The translations under genes were made by a program, and so were the position numbers. Shown here in pieces: positions 1-8,413 of a stretch of 34,613 nt of DNA. Below the pieces are notes generated by a model. The model saw nothing but the letters and a program-made list of their open reading frames with translations, made no database searches and was not told the DNA's origin. Source of the stretch: a virus (Duplodnaviria > Caudoviricetes). Within the stretch, counting starts at the first letter, position 1. Each line of letters starts with the position of its first letter. Location of the stretch: positions 1-34,613 of the IMG/VR virus record IMGVR_UViG_3300020045_010131; one strand, 5' to 3'.

Positions 1-1
1 C

Positions 2-178
2 ATTGCTTTTGTTTTTTTTATTACCACTAAATAATGTTGGGTCTTTTTCTGTACTTTGCTGCTCCATGTATTCTGTTATGATTTTAAAAAGAGCAGAATC
101 AGTTATCAATACTGACCTATTACCTAAGTTCTCAAACGTTATTTTATACTCCCCTTCTTTTAAAACTATCTCTTTCAT
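2..178 (-). CDS. Hypothetical protein, runs off the window edge (MKEIVLKEGEYKITFENLG...)
   Basis: ATG at 178 overlaps the TGA of the upstream gene (ATGA coupling); frame is open to the window edge. Not in the ORF track. Confidence 0.6.
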   Translation of the reverse strand, partial: MKEIVLKEGEYKITFENLGNRSVLITDSALFKIITEYMEQQSTEKDPTLFSGNKKNKSN

Positions 179-375
179 TGTTTAAGTTTTTTAATTGCAC
201 ATTCAGGACAATATAAATTAATAGAAGTTTTTCTCCATCCTGCTGCAAAAAATATTGCACAAGCAGAATCTTCATCTACCATATTTACTGTTTTGGTTTT
301 CTTACAAATACTACAAGTAATGTCGTGAGATGTTATTATTTCATCCCATAAGTCAGTTGCGTTATACTTTTTCAT
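175..375 (-). CDS. Small zinc-finger-like hypothetical protein
   Basis: CxxC (CSIC) and CPEC pairs; GWR motif; tightly packed operon. Confidence 0.75.
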   Translation of the reverse strand: MKKYNATDLWDEIITSHDITCSICKKTKTVNMVDEDSACAIFFAAGWRKTSINLYCPECAIKKLKQ

Positions 376-378
376 TAA

Positions 379-774
379 TCATTTGTTTAGTAAATGAGGG
401 TGCTGGTGTACGTTGCCTATGACTTCAATTGATTTTGTAGATGGGGCGGCAAAATCGTATCCAATAGTCAATTGCCCGTCATTGCCTTCTAATTCTTCAT
501 ATTTAACTTCATGGTTAAATTTACCGCCGTAACTTACAATATCTCCTTCATATATAGGAGTGCCGGATTTGTCGGGAAGCCCTGAAAATTCTACAACTGA
601 ATCAGGGTCAACTTCTACCCATTCGTGAGTTAATACGAGGCTGTTAGTTATATAGGTAGTAAGTTCGGAACTTGGTGGATTATTATAATCTCCTGCATCT
701 TTAGGAATCCTTACCAAATCTCCGTACACCCAATTACCATTAAGCGACATCCCTCTAAATCTTATCTCTCTCAT
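379..774 (-). CDS. YopX family phage protein
   Basis: MREIRFRG...WVYGDL, DKSGTPIYEGDIV and IEVIGNVHQHPHLL are typical YopX signature segments. Confidence 0.92.
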   Translation of the reverse strand: MREIRFRGMSLNGNWVYGDLVRIPKDAGDYNNPPSSELTTYITNSLVLTHEWVEVDPDSVVEFSGLPDKSGTPIYEGDIVSYGGKFNHEVKYEELEGNDGQLTIGYDFAAPSTKSIEVIGNVHQHPHLLNK

Positions 775-819
775 ACTGTATTTGTTTTTAGTGGGTTTGT
801 TGATATGGTAATATGCTAA

Positions 820-1158
820 TCATTTTTGTAATTGAATTAAATTAACCTCCATTGGAGATTCTTGCTTATGGGTTCTATAGAAATTATACACTTCGGAAAT
901 CTTTGAATTTGAATTGACTTTTATTGTGGGGTTGTAAACTGCCCAATCATCAGGAGATATTTGATAGCTTGACTTAAATGTTGCCACAAATTCAATTGGT
1001 TCTTTTTGCCTTTCCAGTAGGTCAGCTATCAAATTAATTGCCTGCAACCGTTCTTTGCCATCCTTATCTCGTTCAGAAGCATTGCTCCATAAATCAATAA
1101 ACAATTGAACCGAATTTATTAGCGGCGAATCCATATCAACTGAAAATGTTCTTACCAT
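820..1158 (-). CDS. Hypothetical protein
   Basis: 112-aa ORF co-oriented in the operon with an A-rich leader. Confidence 0.7.
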   Translation of the reverse strand: MVRTFSVDMDSPLINSVQLFIDLWSNASERDKDGKERLQAINLIADLLERQKEPIEFVATFKSSYQISPDDWAVYNPTIKVNSNSKISEVYNFYRTHKQESPMEVNLIQLQK

Positions 1159-1167
1159 ACTACTTAT

Positions 1168-1410
1168 TTATTTTAAAAGGTTATACAATGGTGGTTGTTT
1201 AAATAATGATTTTATTGTAAATACTTTTGTGTAGTCTTTTTTGAATAGACCTTTATAAGTATGAAAGGTATCTTTTTCTGGCAGCAGGTCGTCTGCACTT
1301 TGGTACTGTACCCCATACAACGCCCCATTAAATATTTCAAAACAAAAACCATCAACAAAATCTATTGAAGTATAAAGCCCATCGTTTTCAAATATTTGTT
1401 CAAATTTCAT
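1168..1410 (-). CDS. Hypothetical protein
   Basis: 80-aa ORF with an A-rich TIR and tight spacing. Confidence 0.7.
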   Translation of the reverse strand: MKFEQIFENDGLYTSIDFVDGFCFEIFNGALYGVQYQSADDLLPEKDTFHTYKGLFKKDYTKVFTIKSLFKQPPLYNLLK

Positions 1411-1428
1411 TGCTTTTATTTTTATTGT

Positions 1429-1674
1429 TTACACCCCTTGAAGATGGTTGTTTCTTTGTTCAAGTAGTTCTGTTTCGTCAATGGTGGAGATTGGCGCAAA
1501 TAATATTTTCCTAAACGATTGAGGTCTGCCGTTAAGAGTTTTTAAATACTCTGCTATTTCGTAGCAATCGCCCCATTTTGAACATTGAGATGCTGTAACA
1601 ATCTCTCCATAAACGGGAGTATTATTATATATATCGGGAGATTGAAACCTGTCATCAATGCACATTACTTTCAT
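1429..1674 (-). CDS. Hypothetical phage protein (MKVMCID-type N-terminus)
   Basis: 81-aa ORF in the operon. Confidence 0.7.
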   Translation of the reverse strand: MKVMCIDDRFQSPDIYNNTPVYGEIVTASQCSKWGDCYEIAEYLKTLNGRPQSFRKILFAPISTIDETELLEQRNNHLQGV

Positions 1675-1719
1675 AAAAATAAAATTTAAGATTAATTAAT
1701 AAAGCCCCCTTGTACCTTT

Positions 1720-1899
1720 TTAGGATTTGGTTTTTGGCTTGTAGTTTATATTTATTTCTAACCCTTCGGAATAACACTGTACCCAATGTTCTATATGTAC
1801 AGCAAGTTGCCCTCTTTCTTTTTTGGCTCTTTTCATAGCCTTTTGGTATGTAGAATCTTTTATCTTATACCCTTTGTTTACTCTTTTTTCTGCTTTCAT
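1720..1899 (-). CDS. Putative ribbon-helix-helix DNA-binding protein (59 aa)
   Basis: MKAEKRVNKGYKIKDSTYQKAMKRAKKERGQLAVHIEHWVQCY... fits a beta-strand plus two helices (Arc/MetJ-like). Lies directly behind a promoter. Below the ORF-track cutoff. Confidence 0.6.
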   Translation of the reverse strand: MKAEKRVNKGYKIKDSTYQKAMKRAKKERGQLAVHIEHWVQCYSEGLEININYKPKTKS

Positions 1900-1903
1900 A
1901 GCA

Positions 1904-1935
1904 CAACGTTACAACGTTATTGCGGAATAACCAAA
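1904..1935 (-). promoter_or_regulatory. Bacteroidota sigma-A-type promoter with a tandem ACAACGTT repeat
   Basis: Minus strand TTTG-N20-TAACGTTG, 4 nt before the ATG at 1899. Confidence 0.6.
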
Positions 1936-2040
1936 TAAATTTTAAACTTAACCGTGTGTAATCGTTTATAGAGAAGGGAAAACACCAATAAAAAAAAGAT
2001 AACAACCTATATCCAATTATGCAAGTAGAGGGTTATTGGA

Positions 2041-2070
2041 ATAAAAAAAGCCCCGATTAAAGGGCTTTGT
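2041..2070 (-). terminator. Rho-independent terminator
   Basis: AAAGCCC/GGGCTTT stem followed by a T-tract on the minus strand, downstream of 2101..2328. Confidence 0.75.
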
Positions 2071-2100
2071 AAGTATCTGCTACGTTATATCAGCAGCCCG

Positions 2101-2328
2101 TTAGTTTGCTTTCCTAAATTCCACATAATACTCACTACCTGCTTCAAAGAAGCCGATACATTCAGGATTAGTAATGTGCATTTCAATTTTACCGGAAGGT
2201 GTCCATTGACTAAACGACTTGTTTTCGTCGCTACCATTTACAACCGGAGAAAGATTTACGTTGTGATTGTTGTTACCGAAGTCAGTAACGGAGCCAACTT
2301 TGAATTTGGCAAGGATTGTTTTACTCAT
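2101..2328 (-). CDS. Conserved small phage protein, monocistronic
   Basis: AKFKV...ENKSFSQWTPSGKIEMHITNP...FEAGSEYYVEF is a recurrent phage hypothetical pattern; has its own promoter and terminator. Confidence 0.85.
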   Translation of the reverse strand: MSKTILAKFKVGSVTDFGNNNHNVNLSPVVNGSDENKSFSQWTPSGKIEMHITNPECIGFFEAGSEYYVEFRKAN

Positions 2329-2371
2329 TTTGTAATTGTTTAATTGCTTATACGGCGAGATTACCGTACAT

Positions 2372-2402
2372 CAAAAGTAAGCAAAAATAAAATCCCACGC
2401 AA
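2372..2402 (-). promoter_or_regulatory. Bacteroidota promoter
   Basis: TTG-N20-TACTTTTG, followed by a 5' hairpin TACGG/CCGTA. Confidence 0.7.
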
Positions 2403-3112
2403 CTCCGGCATACCATGCCTAAAGGACAACGGCCTCCTAAACCATCCCGAAACCAATGCAGGTTTTTACTTGCCATATTAATTTGCTTCAAAAAACAATC
2501 CTTTTACTTCCATACACCTATCCAGCCACAATCGTTTTTAAGCCTATATATCTGCCCATAAATAGACTTTAGCTGTGTATCTGTACGTTCCTGCACTCAA
2601 TACAGAGAACGGGCGGCTATGACCTTTAAAAGAAAGTGTAAATAAAATCGGGTGTGGGGTTAACCTTTTCAAACTTCAATCCAAATCATAACCAATTGAC
2701 AATAAAGCAATATAGAACAAGTACTATGTACGCAAGCTCTTTCAGGTGTGCCCCTACGTATTTAGATGGCGTACGTCAAAGGGGTTGTCGCTTACTGTTA
2801 CTGGGTCGGCTGCTAAAACATTCCCCCGTTTAGCTGGCTATGTAATTGTTTTCTATTGTGTTGGGTATTGGTTTGCGGTTTGATTAAACTGTTATTGTAA
2901 GGCTATTACAGGCTATTGGTTAGGCTTTTAGGTAAGGTCTGACTGATTGCTTTACTTGCGGGGTTAAGGGGTTAGGATTAACTGTTTGTTGGATATAGTG
3001 TATTAGATGTATTGGGTTAGTGTGGGTGAATGGCTGATAATCAATACTATTTTCCATTGGTACAGGTTTATTTACCGTTCATGGAGTTATGTTACCGCTT
3101 GTCACAATAGGG

Positions 3113-3143
3113 TTGTAAGGGGTTATGTGGGAATGTATCTTTG
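3113..3143 (+). promoter_or_regulatory. Bacteroidota promoter
   Basis: TTG-N20-TATCTTTG. Confidence 0.65.
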
Positions 3144-3195
3144 TGTAACAAACTGAAACAATTATCTACACATCAACTTTAAAAACTTAATTAAC

Positions 3196-3474
3196 ATGGT
3201 AGAATTATTTGTACCAATTCATTTAAAACTAAATAAACTTTATTCAAAAAACGAACATAAAATGCCTGAAAGGCAACCATTTACAATGACAAAAAATATT
3301 TTAATTGTTTCAAACGAAACATTCTACGATGAAGAAAGAGAGTTATTTTATACCTACGTTGGTAAATCTGCCCCAAAAAGAGAACTCCTAATAACCGCTT
3401 GGGGTAAAACTAAGGAGGAAAGTAAAGAATTAGCAGTTAGTATTAAGTATGTTTTGGAAAGTTTAGAGAAATAG
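3196..3474 (+). CDS. Hypothetical protein (true start may be a downstream ATG)
   Basis: ORF behind a promoter; ends in TAG. Confidence 0.6.
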   Translation: MVELFVPIHLKLNKLYSKNEHKMPERQPFTMTKNILIVSNETFYDEERELFYTYVGKSAPKRELLITAWGKTKEESKELAVSIKYVLESLEK

Positions 3475-3485
3475 GTACAATTTAA

Positions 3486-3517
3486 TTTGTTTTATAACAA
3501 TTACTATTGTATATTTG
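3486..3517 (+). promoter_or_regulatory. Bacteroidota promoter, near-leaderless
   Basis: TTTG-N20-TATATTTG, 4 nt before the ATG at 3522; palindromes TTGTT-N4-AACAA and ACAAT-N4-ATTGT overlap it. Confidence 0.75.
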
Positions 3518-3521
3518 ATGT

Positions 3522-3854
3522 ATGGATAAAAAACTGAATAGGGTTATAGGTTATGTAAAACCATCTGGTGTCACTCAAAAGCAGGTTGGTATAAAAGAAC
3601 CTCCAAAGGTTGCCGAAGAACCAAAAGGAGAAGTTGATTTGCTGGCAGCTATTGAAGCAGCAAAAGGTAAGGCTAAAAAAATAGTTAAATGGATAAACGA
3701 GCATGAAGAGTTTAAATGGGGTGTTATGTGTACCAAACTTAAAATTGATAGGGGTAACTTTCAGAGGACTTTAAACTCCAACGAACCTTCGATTAAAATT
3801 GAACTGGTTTTGCAAATTGAAAATTTTCTAACCGCCTACGGATATGCCGGATAA
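3522..3854 (+). CDS. Putative HTH (XRE-like) DNA-binding protein
   Basis: C-terminal FKWGVMCTKLKIDRGNFQRTLN resembles a helix-turn-helix. Confidence 0.6.
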   Translation: MDKKLNRVIGYVKPSGVTQKQVGIKEPPKVAEEPKGEVDLLAAIEAAKGKAKKIVKWINEHEEFKWGVMCTKLKIDRGNFQRTLNSNEPSIKIELVLQIENFLTAYGYAG

Positions 3855-4797
3855 TATTTTAGCATACACCCCAACTTTAGGATTGGTAGAAAGCCACGTA
3901 GGTATTTATAAGATATATGTTCTTAGGAATCCGATAACCGAAGAAATATTTTATGTCGGGCAAACTAAAATGCCTTTGGAGGTAAGGCTTAGTGGTCACA
4001 TATCAGAAACAGGTGCTAATCGGGAAAAAATTCATTATATACAAGCTATTTTAGAGACAGGTCAAAAACCAATTATAGAACCTATTGAAACAATTGCTAC
4101 AAAATGCTATATTGATACAATGGCAGTTAATGAAAGGGAGATTTATTGGATTAGGTATCATAAATCATTGGGATGTAATTTGTTAAATAAGGCGGCTACA
4201 GCACCAGACACTAAATGTAGGGAGTATCACGGGTATTTATCTGCTTTAAAGAAGGGGGAAACTTCGTGGCATTATTATTACTGCGGAAAAACAGCAGCAG
4301 GGTATAAAGTTTATGACGAGGCTAAATTAAAGGCGGACGGATTTAGGCTTAGGCGGGAGGATAAACCATCAGATATATCAGAGGCTCATAGGCAACGAGC
4401 AGAGCATCCATACAATCCTTTTAAGTATGAAAAGAGTAGGATAAAACTCGGTTTGCAGTCTAAGATACACGAAAACGATGTTTATATCCCGTCATGTGCG
4501 TACACACCACAGCCATTATGGTCAGAGGAATTTAGGAAAGGAATACCGCCTTATAAATCACAAAAAGTAGAGGCGTATCTTGAAATGCAAACTGATGACT
4601 GTGATTACGAGGATGACGATTTGGAGTTAGATATGTCAGATTATGAGCCACTTTACGATGATGAGCCAGACCACGAAGATGAGGATAAAACATTATTCTT
4701 CCTATCGGAATACGAACAACCAGAATTGTATTATGTAGCAAGAACATTAAAAGATAGGGCATTCGATGAAGTAGCAGATAGTATGTTTAATGATTAA
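3844..4797 (+). CDS. GIY-YIG nuclease domain protein with an acidic C-terminal tail
   Basis: KIYVL...FYVGQT...RLSGHI...EREIYWI...LLN GIY-YIG pattern; D/E-rich C-terminus. Confidence 0.8.
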   Translation: MPDNILAYTPTLGLVESHVGIYKIYVLRNPITEEIFYVGQTKMPLEVRLSGHISETGANREKIHYIQAILETGQKPIIEPIETIATKCYIDTMAVNEREIYWIRYHKSLGCNLLNKAATAPDTKCREYHGYLSALKKGETSWHYYYCGKTAAGYKVYDEAKLKADGFRLRREDKPSDISEAHRQRAEHPYNPFKYEKSRIKLGLQSKIHENDVYIPSCAYTPQPLWSEEFRKGIPPYKSQKVEAYLEMQTDDCDYEDDDLELDMSDYEPLYDDEPDHEDEDKTLFFLSEYEQPELYYVARTLKDRAFDEVADSMFND

Positions 4798-4870
4798 AAA
4801 TAAGTAAATGACAACGTACCAAAAATTAAAGCAAGAAGTATCTGACCTTAAAAAATAAATACCATATATA

Positions 4871-5107
4871 ATGGAAATCGGAAAAAGTATTGATGCAGCC
4901 TTTGAGGAGTTTATGAAAACAAGTGATTTTAAACAGATTGCTGCAAGAAAAGATAGCGAAGGTGGGAAATTCAGGATGCTAAAAACCAGATACAAAAGAA
5001 AAAAACTTGACTGGCTTGCCATGCTTAATGTTTTAGTGATGTACGGCTATGAGATTGAACTAAAAAGAACAAGTAGAGGGTGGGCGGAAGAAAGGGGTAA
5101 TATTTAA
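4871..5107 (+). CDS. Hypothetical protein (possible DNA-binding)
   Basis: 78-aa basic ORF. Confidence 0.65.
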   Translation: MEIGKSIDAAFEEFMKTSDFKQIAARKDSEGGKFRMLKTRYKRKKLDWLAMLNVLVMYGYEIELKRTSRGWAEERGNI

Positions 5108-5117
5108 ATTATGGGCA

Positions 5118-5160
5118 GGCGAGGTGGTGTAAGTGGTAGCACACAGGGTATTTTACCACA
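5118..5160 (+). pseudogene. tRNA 5'-half remnant
   Basis: GGCGAGG-TG-GTGT-AAGTGGTA-GCAC-A is an acceptor 5' strand plus a canonical D-arm; no T-arm or 3' acceptor follows. Confidence 0.55.
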
Positions 5161-5181
5161 AATGACTAAAATAAAACAACC

Positions 5182-5406
5182 ATGACATTACTTGAACAAC
5201 TTGAAAATAAGCATATAAATGCAATATTTGATAATATAACGGATGACCACGGGGAAACTTTGGGTTATACATCTGCATCCACTGCCTGCACCCAAATAAC
5301 CCTACAGGCTATAGTAGATGAGTTAAAATGGGCTTTAAATGATAATACATCTGTAAGGCAAATAGGAAATAAAATCAAAGAAATTGAACTATTAATTAAA
5401 AAATAA
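5182..5406 (+). CDS. Hypothetical protein
   Basis: 74-aa ORF with an A-rich TIR. Confidence 0.7.
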   Translation: MTLLEQLENKHINAIFDNITDDHGETLGYTSASTACTQITLQAIVDELKWALNDNTSVRQIGNKIKEIELLIKK

Positions 5407-5410
5407 AATT

Positions 5411-5722
5411 ATGGCAAAGAAATTAATCAGCCTTTCTAATGATTACATAATAGAAGGCAAATTTAAAGAAAACAGAACACCGATTGATGGTGGTAGTTCG
5501 TTACCTGATTACATCGACGATACAAAGATATTGTGCAATGGAAAGGTAGTAACTGAAACTGTTTACTTCCATAAACCTATCTACGGCATTGATGGGTACG
5601 GTACGGGTAATTATTTAAAAATTGAACTTACCGTAACCGACATTAAAGCTCTGTACAAAGAAATTGAAGAAATTGAAAGCAAAAAAGTTATAGGTGAAGT
5701 TTATGACGACTTACCTTTTTAA
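5411..5722 (+). CDS. Hypothetical protein with an SSB-like DDLPF C-terminus
   Basis: 103-aa ORF ending YDDLPF, followed by a terminator. Confidence 0.75.
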   Translation: MAKKLISLSNDYIIEGKFKENRTPIDGGSSLPDYIDDTKILCNGKVVTETVYFHKPIYGIDGYGTGNYLKIELTVTDIKALYKEIEEIESKKVIGEVYDDLPF

Positions 5723-5763
5723 CCCACACACACACCTAAAGCATTAAGTTGCTAACCCTCTAC

Positions 5764-5797
5764 AAGCCTTCTAAAGTAATACTTAGGGGGCTTTTTT
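5764..5797 (+). terminator. Rho-independent terminator
   Basis: AAGCCTTCTAA/TTAGGGGGCTT stem plus T-tract. Confidence 0.75.
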
Positions 5798-5815
5798 ACG
5801 TGTGGGGTGAGAATG

Positions 5816-5845
5816 AAAAAACTCCGGCATAGAAATACCAGAGTT
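5816..5845 (-). terminator. Rho-independent terminator
   Basis: Minus strand ACTCTGGTA/TGCCGGAGT stem plus T-tract. Confidence 0.7.
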
Positions 5846-5905
5846 ACATTTTTGAAATTTTAACCACTAAAAACTACCCTAAACTTAAAAAAATAAACCA
5901 TGAAG
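5816..5905 (-). ncRNA. Candidate ~90-nt U-rich small RNA
   Basis: Bounded by a promoter-like TTTG-N19-TAACTTGG (5911-5941) and the terminator at 5816-5845; no convincing ORF. Confidence 0.35.
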
Positions 5906-5936
5906 AGACACCAAGTTAGGGGATATTATTTGAAAT

Positions 5937-6695
5937 TCAAAATAGTTTCTGTTGGGCTGTTTGTTCTTTAAATCTTTTACAGGCAGCTTCGTAATACCCA
6001 TTTTTAATATCATTTTCACATACGATAGCTTTACGGTTTTCTAAATAAGCCGCTGCTGCCGTTGTGCCACTTCCTCCATACCCATCAAACACCAACTAAT
6101 TTTCATTGCTATATGTTTTTATTAAATACCTAAATAAGTCAACTGGTTTTTGAGTTGGATGGTCGCTTTCATTTTGTCTATCTCCATTACTAATATCAAT
6201 TACTGATTGTGGATGCCTTTCACCATTATCGTCATAAGCCTGCACTGTACCTTCAGTAGCAAATCTGCCATAATTAGTTCCGTTTCTGTCATGCTTTCTA
6301 TTAAATTTTTTTCTGTTCCCTGTTCCTTTTTGAGGGTTGTATGTTGGCAGTTTTTTATAAAAAACTAAAATGCTTTCATGGTTTCTCATTGGCATTCTGT
6401 TTGCATTTAAAAAACCACTACCAAGTCTTTTATACCAAATAAGGTCATATCTAAACATGCTTCTATTGCTATTTATTAAATCACTTGCAAATGGCTGTGT
6501 AGCAAAAAATATAAAGGCACAATTCTCTTTACCTACTCTTAACCATTCAGGCCACATCTTTTGAAAGTCTGGAGCAATATCCCAATCGTTTTGGGTTACC
6601 CCAAAAGGAGTATCCTGTAAAAATAAGTCAACTGCCCCATCCTTCATTCTAAGTAACTGCTCGTAACAATCAATATTCAATAACTCTACTGCCAT
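5937..6695 (-). pseudogene. N4/N6 DNA methyltransferase (beta class) interrupted by an in-frame TAG at 6096-6098
   Basis: Motif IV-like LFLQDTPF and HPTQKPVDL precede the TAG. The same frame continues LVFDGYGGSGTTAAAAYLENRKAIVCE...QQKLF (SAM-binding motif I) to TGA at 5937. Confidence 0.85.
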
Positions 6696-6704
6696 AATAT
6701 AAGT

Positions 6705-7061
6705 TTAAAATAAGGCTTGCTGCTTCCCTATGGATTTAAGTGTTTCTATTGTTTTGGTGGCTTTTATTATTACCTCTGTTTTGTTGGGCGGTAAAGGAAT
6801 ATCCAACCAATATTCCATCTCTTGTGTTTTTCCATCAGCATCTTTTCTCCATTGACGCTTACATTCTTTTCTGTTGGCAAAAATATCCCGAAGCCTTCTC
6901 CCATCAATATTATACTCCCTTTCAAGCTGCCTTGCAGTTAATTTATTGCCCTGATACATTAATCCTAAAACAAAGTTACAGTGCCGATTGAATTTCTCTC
7001 CATTGTCTTTTAAATGCTGTTGTGAACTTTCGTTATTTTCAGCTTCGTGTAATAGGCTCAT
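6705..7061 (-). CDS. Putative winged-HTH protein
   Basis: LTARQLEREYNIDGRRLRDI HTH-like segment; C-terminal QQALF. Confidence 0.7.
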   Translation of the reverse strand: MSLLHEAENNESSQQHLKDNGEKFNRHCNFVLGLMYQGNKLTARQLEREYNIDGRRLRDIFANRKECKRQWRKDADGKTQEMEYWLDIPLPPNKTEVIIKATKTIETLKSIGKQQALF

Positions 7062-7072
7062 TGTTATTTGAT

Positions 7073-7345
7073 TTAATTGTAAAGAATTACCGTTACTTCT
7101 CCTTCTCTAAAATCATCGCTGGTTATTATTCCGTCTACCAATGATTTTTGAGCAGCACTAAAATTTTTCCATTTTTCAGGCAGGTTATACTCCCCTTTTA
7201 CTACAGCTATTGGTTGAGGATAACACATACTGCCGTAGCTATACCCATTTTTATTAAGCCAATTCTCTGCTGCATAAAATGATTCAAATGTGCCTTCTTC
7301 TTTAAAGGTTTTAGTTTCTTTAGGTATTCTTGCTTTGGATGACAT
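7073..7345 (-). CDS. Conserved hypothetical phage protein
   Basis: GTFESFYAAENWL...GYSYGSM...KWKN...DG...DFREG. Confidence 0.8.
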   Translation of the reverse strand: MSSKARIPKETKTFKEEGTFESFYAAENWLNKNGYSYGSMCYPQPIAVVKGEYNLPEKWKNFSAAQKSLVDGIITSDDFREGEVTVILYN

Positions 7346-7446
7346 GGTGTTTACTTATTTAATAGTTTAAAAAATGTTTCTCCCCCTTCTACCTGTATTT
7401 ATTGTGAAGGTGGGGTGTTAAGGGCGGCACTTCAACCGCAAATAGG

Positions 7447-7905
7447 CTATCTGTTAATTTTGTTCATGGGTGGTTTTTTAGTGGTGTTGTACCAAGAGTT
7501 TTTAGGGGAATGCCTCCATTTTAATTGTTGCTTGTGAACTGGGCAATTGCTCCATATTATTTTTTCTTTAGTATCATCGTTCCAAAAATCAATAAAATCA
7601 ACTACTGCCCGCCACGTAATTTCAATATCAACATTTGTTAACCCGCTAAAAATATCCTCCCGTTTATCAAAATACATTTCGATGATTTTTTTACATACCG
7701 GCATAAGCCAATCCCATGAGGTGTGATATTTGGCTTTCCCTGCATCTATTTTTTCAGTCCAAGATTTTTTACCATTATATATATCCCATTCAGGATTTGG
7801 CTTATAAAATCCGTTGTACTTTTCCTCCCATATAAACCCCATAAACTCTGCTATAAGTTTATTCCCTTCAATAATTTCTGTTTCTTTGTTCATGGTGTTG
7901 CTCAT
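7447..7905 (-). CDS. Bacteroidota phage hypothetical protein (NKLIAEFMG...YHTSWDWLMPV type)
   Basis: Recurrent motif pair NKLIAEFMG and YHxSWDWLMPV. Confidence 0.8.
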   Translation of the reverse strand: MSNTMNKETEIIEGNKLIAEFMGFIWEEKYNGFYKPNPEWDIYNGKKSWTEKIDAGKAKYHTSWDWLMPVCKKIIEMYFDKREDIFSGLTNVDIEITWRAVVDFIDFWNDDTKEKIIWSNCPVHKQQLKWRHSPKNSWYNTTKKPPMNKINR

Positions 7906-7937
7906 TGTATTTTGTTTTTATATTGTTGTGGTGTGGG

Positions 7938-8243
7938 TTAATTTGGTTTGATTGATATAAATATTTCTTGAAGATTAGGAAGTGCTGATACCTTAAATCT
8001 TTTGCCACATATTTTCTGCAACTTATTAACCTCATCATTCATTAATATAGGGGAGCAGTAAACAGATAGCTTGTTTATGTTTTTATTATCAGGCTGGGTA
8101 ACTCCATTTCTATATATAAACGCATTATACCCTTTTTCTTTTAGGTGTAATAGTAGTTCATCATAATTAGTAGGGGGTATTTGAAGTATGGCACTTAACC
8201 ATTCAGAATTTGGCATCTTCCCTCCGTTTATTGCATGGCACAT
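7938..8243 (-). CDS. Hypothetical protein
   Basis: Co-oriented overlapping ORF. Confidence 0.65.
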   Translation of the reverse strand: MCHAINGGKMPNSEWLSAILQIPPTNYDELLLHLKEKGYNAFIYRNGVTQPDNKNINKLSVYCSPILMNDEVNKLQKICGKRFKVSALPNLQEIFISIKPN

Positions 8244-8413
8244 ATTGTTTTGTTTTTTAAAAGTTTTTCAATTTCAGCATCCGTTAAACCTAATAACCTG
8301 TCAAGTTTTGTTTCTGACACTGTGTACTTATAAATATTCATCCCTTTAATTACGTTTTGGAATACCAGTTCGTTGTTATCAGAAGCGAATTTTATAGTTA
8401 ATGGTACTATCAT
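8228..8413 (-). CDS. Hypothetical protein
   Basis: ATGA-coupled to the upstream gene. Confidence 0.65.
   Translation of the reverse strand: MIVPLTIKFASDNNELVFQNVIKGMNIYKYTVSETKLDRLLGLTDAEIEKLLKNKTICAMQ

Noticed and set aside
2401-5831. 12-nt repeat AACTCCGGCATA at 2401 and 5820
   Set aside because: A single 12-mer match is expected by chance in 35 kb, and the contexts differ
6096-6098. Genome-wide TAG reassignment (code 15) as in some crAss-like phages
   Set aside because: Only one gene is interrupted; long late genes are open in code 11 and several genes end naturally at TAG
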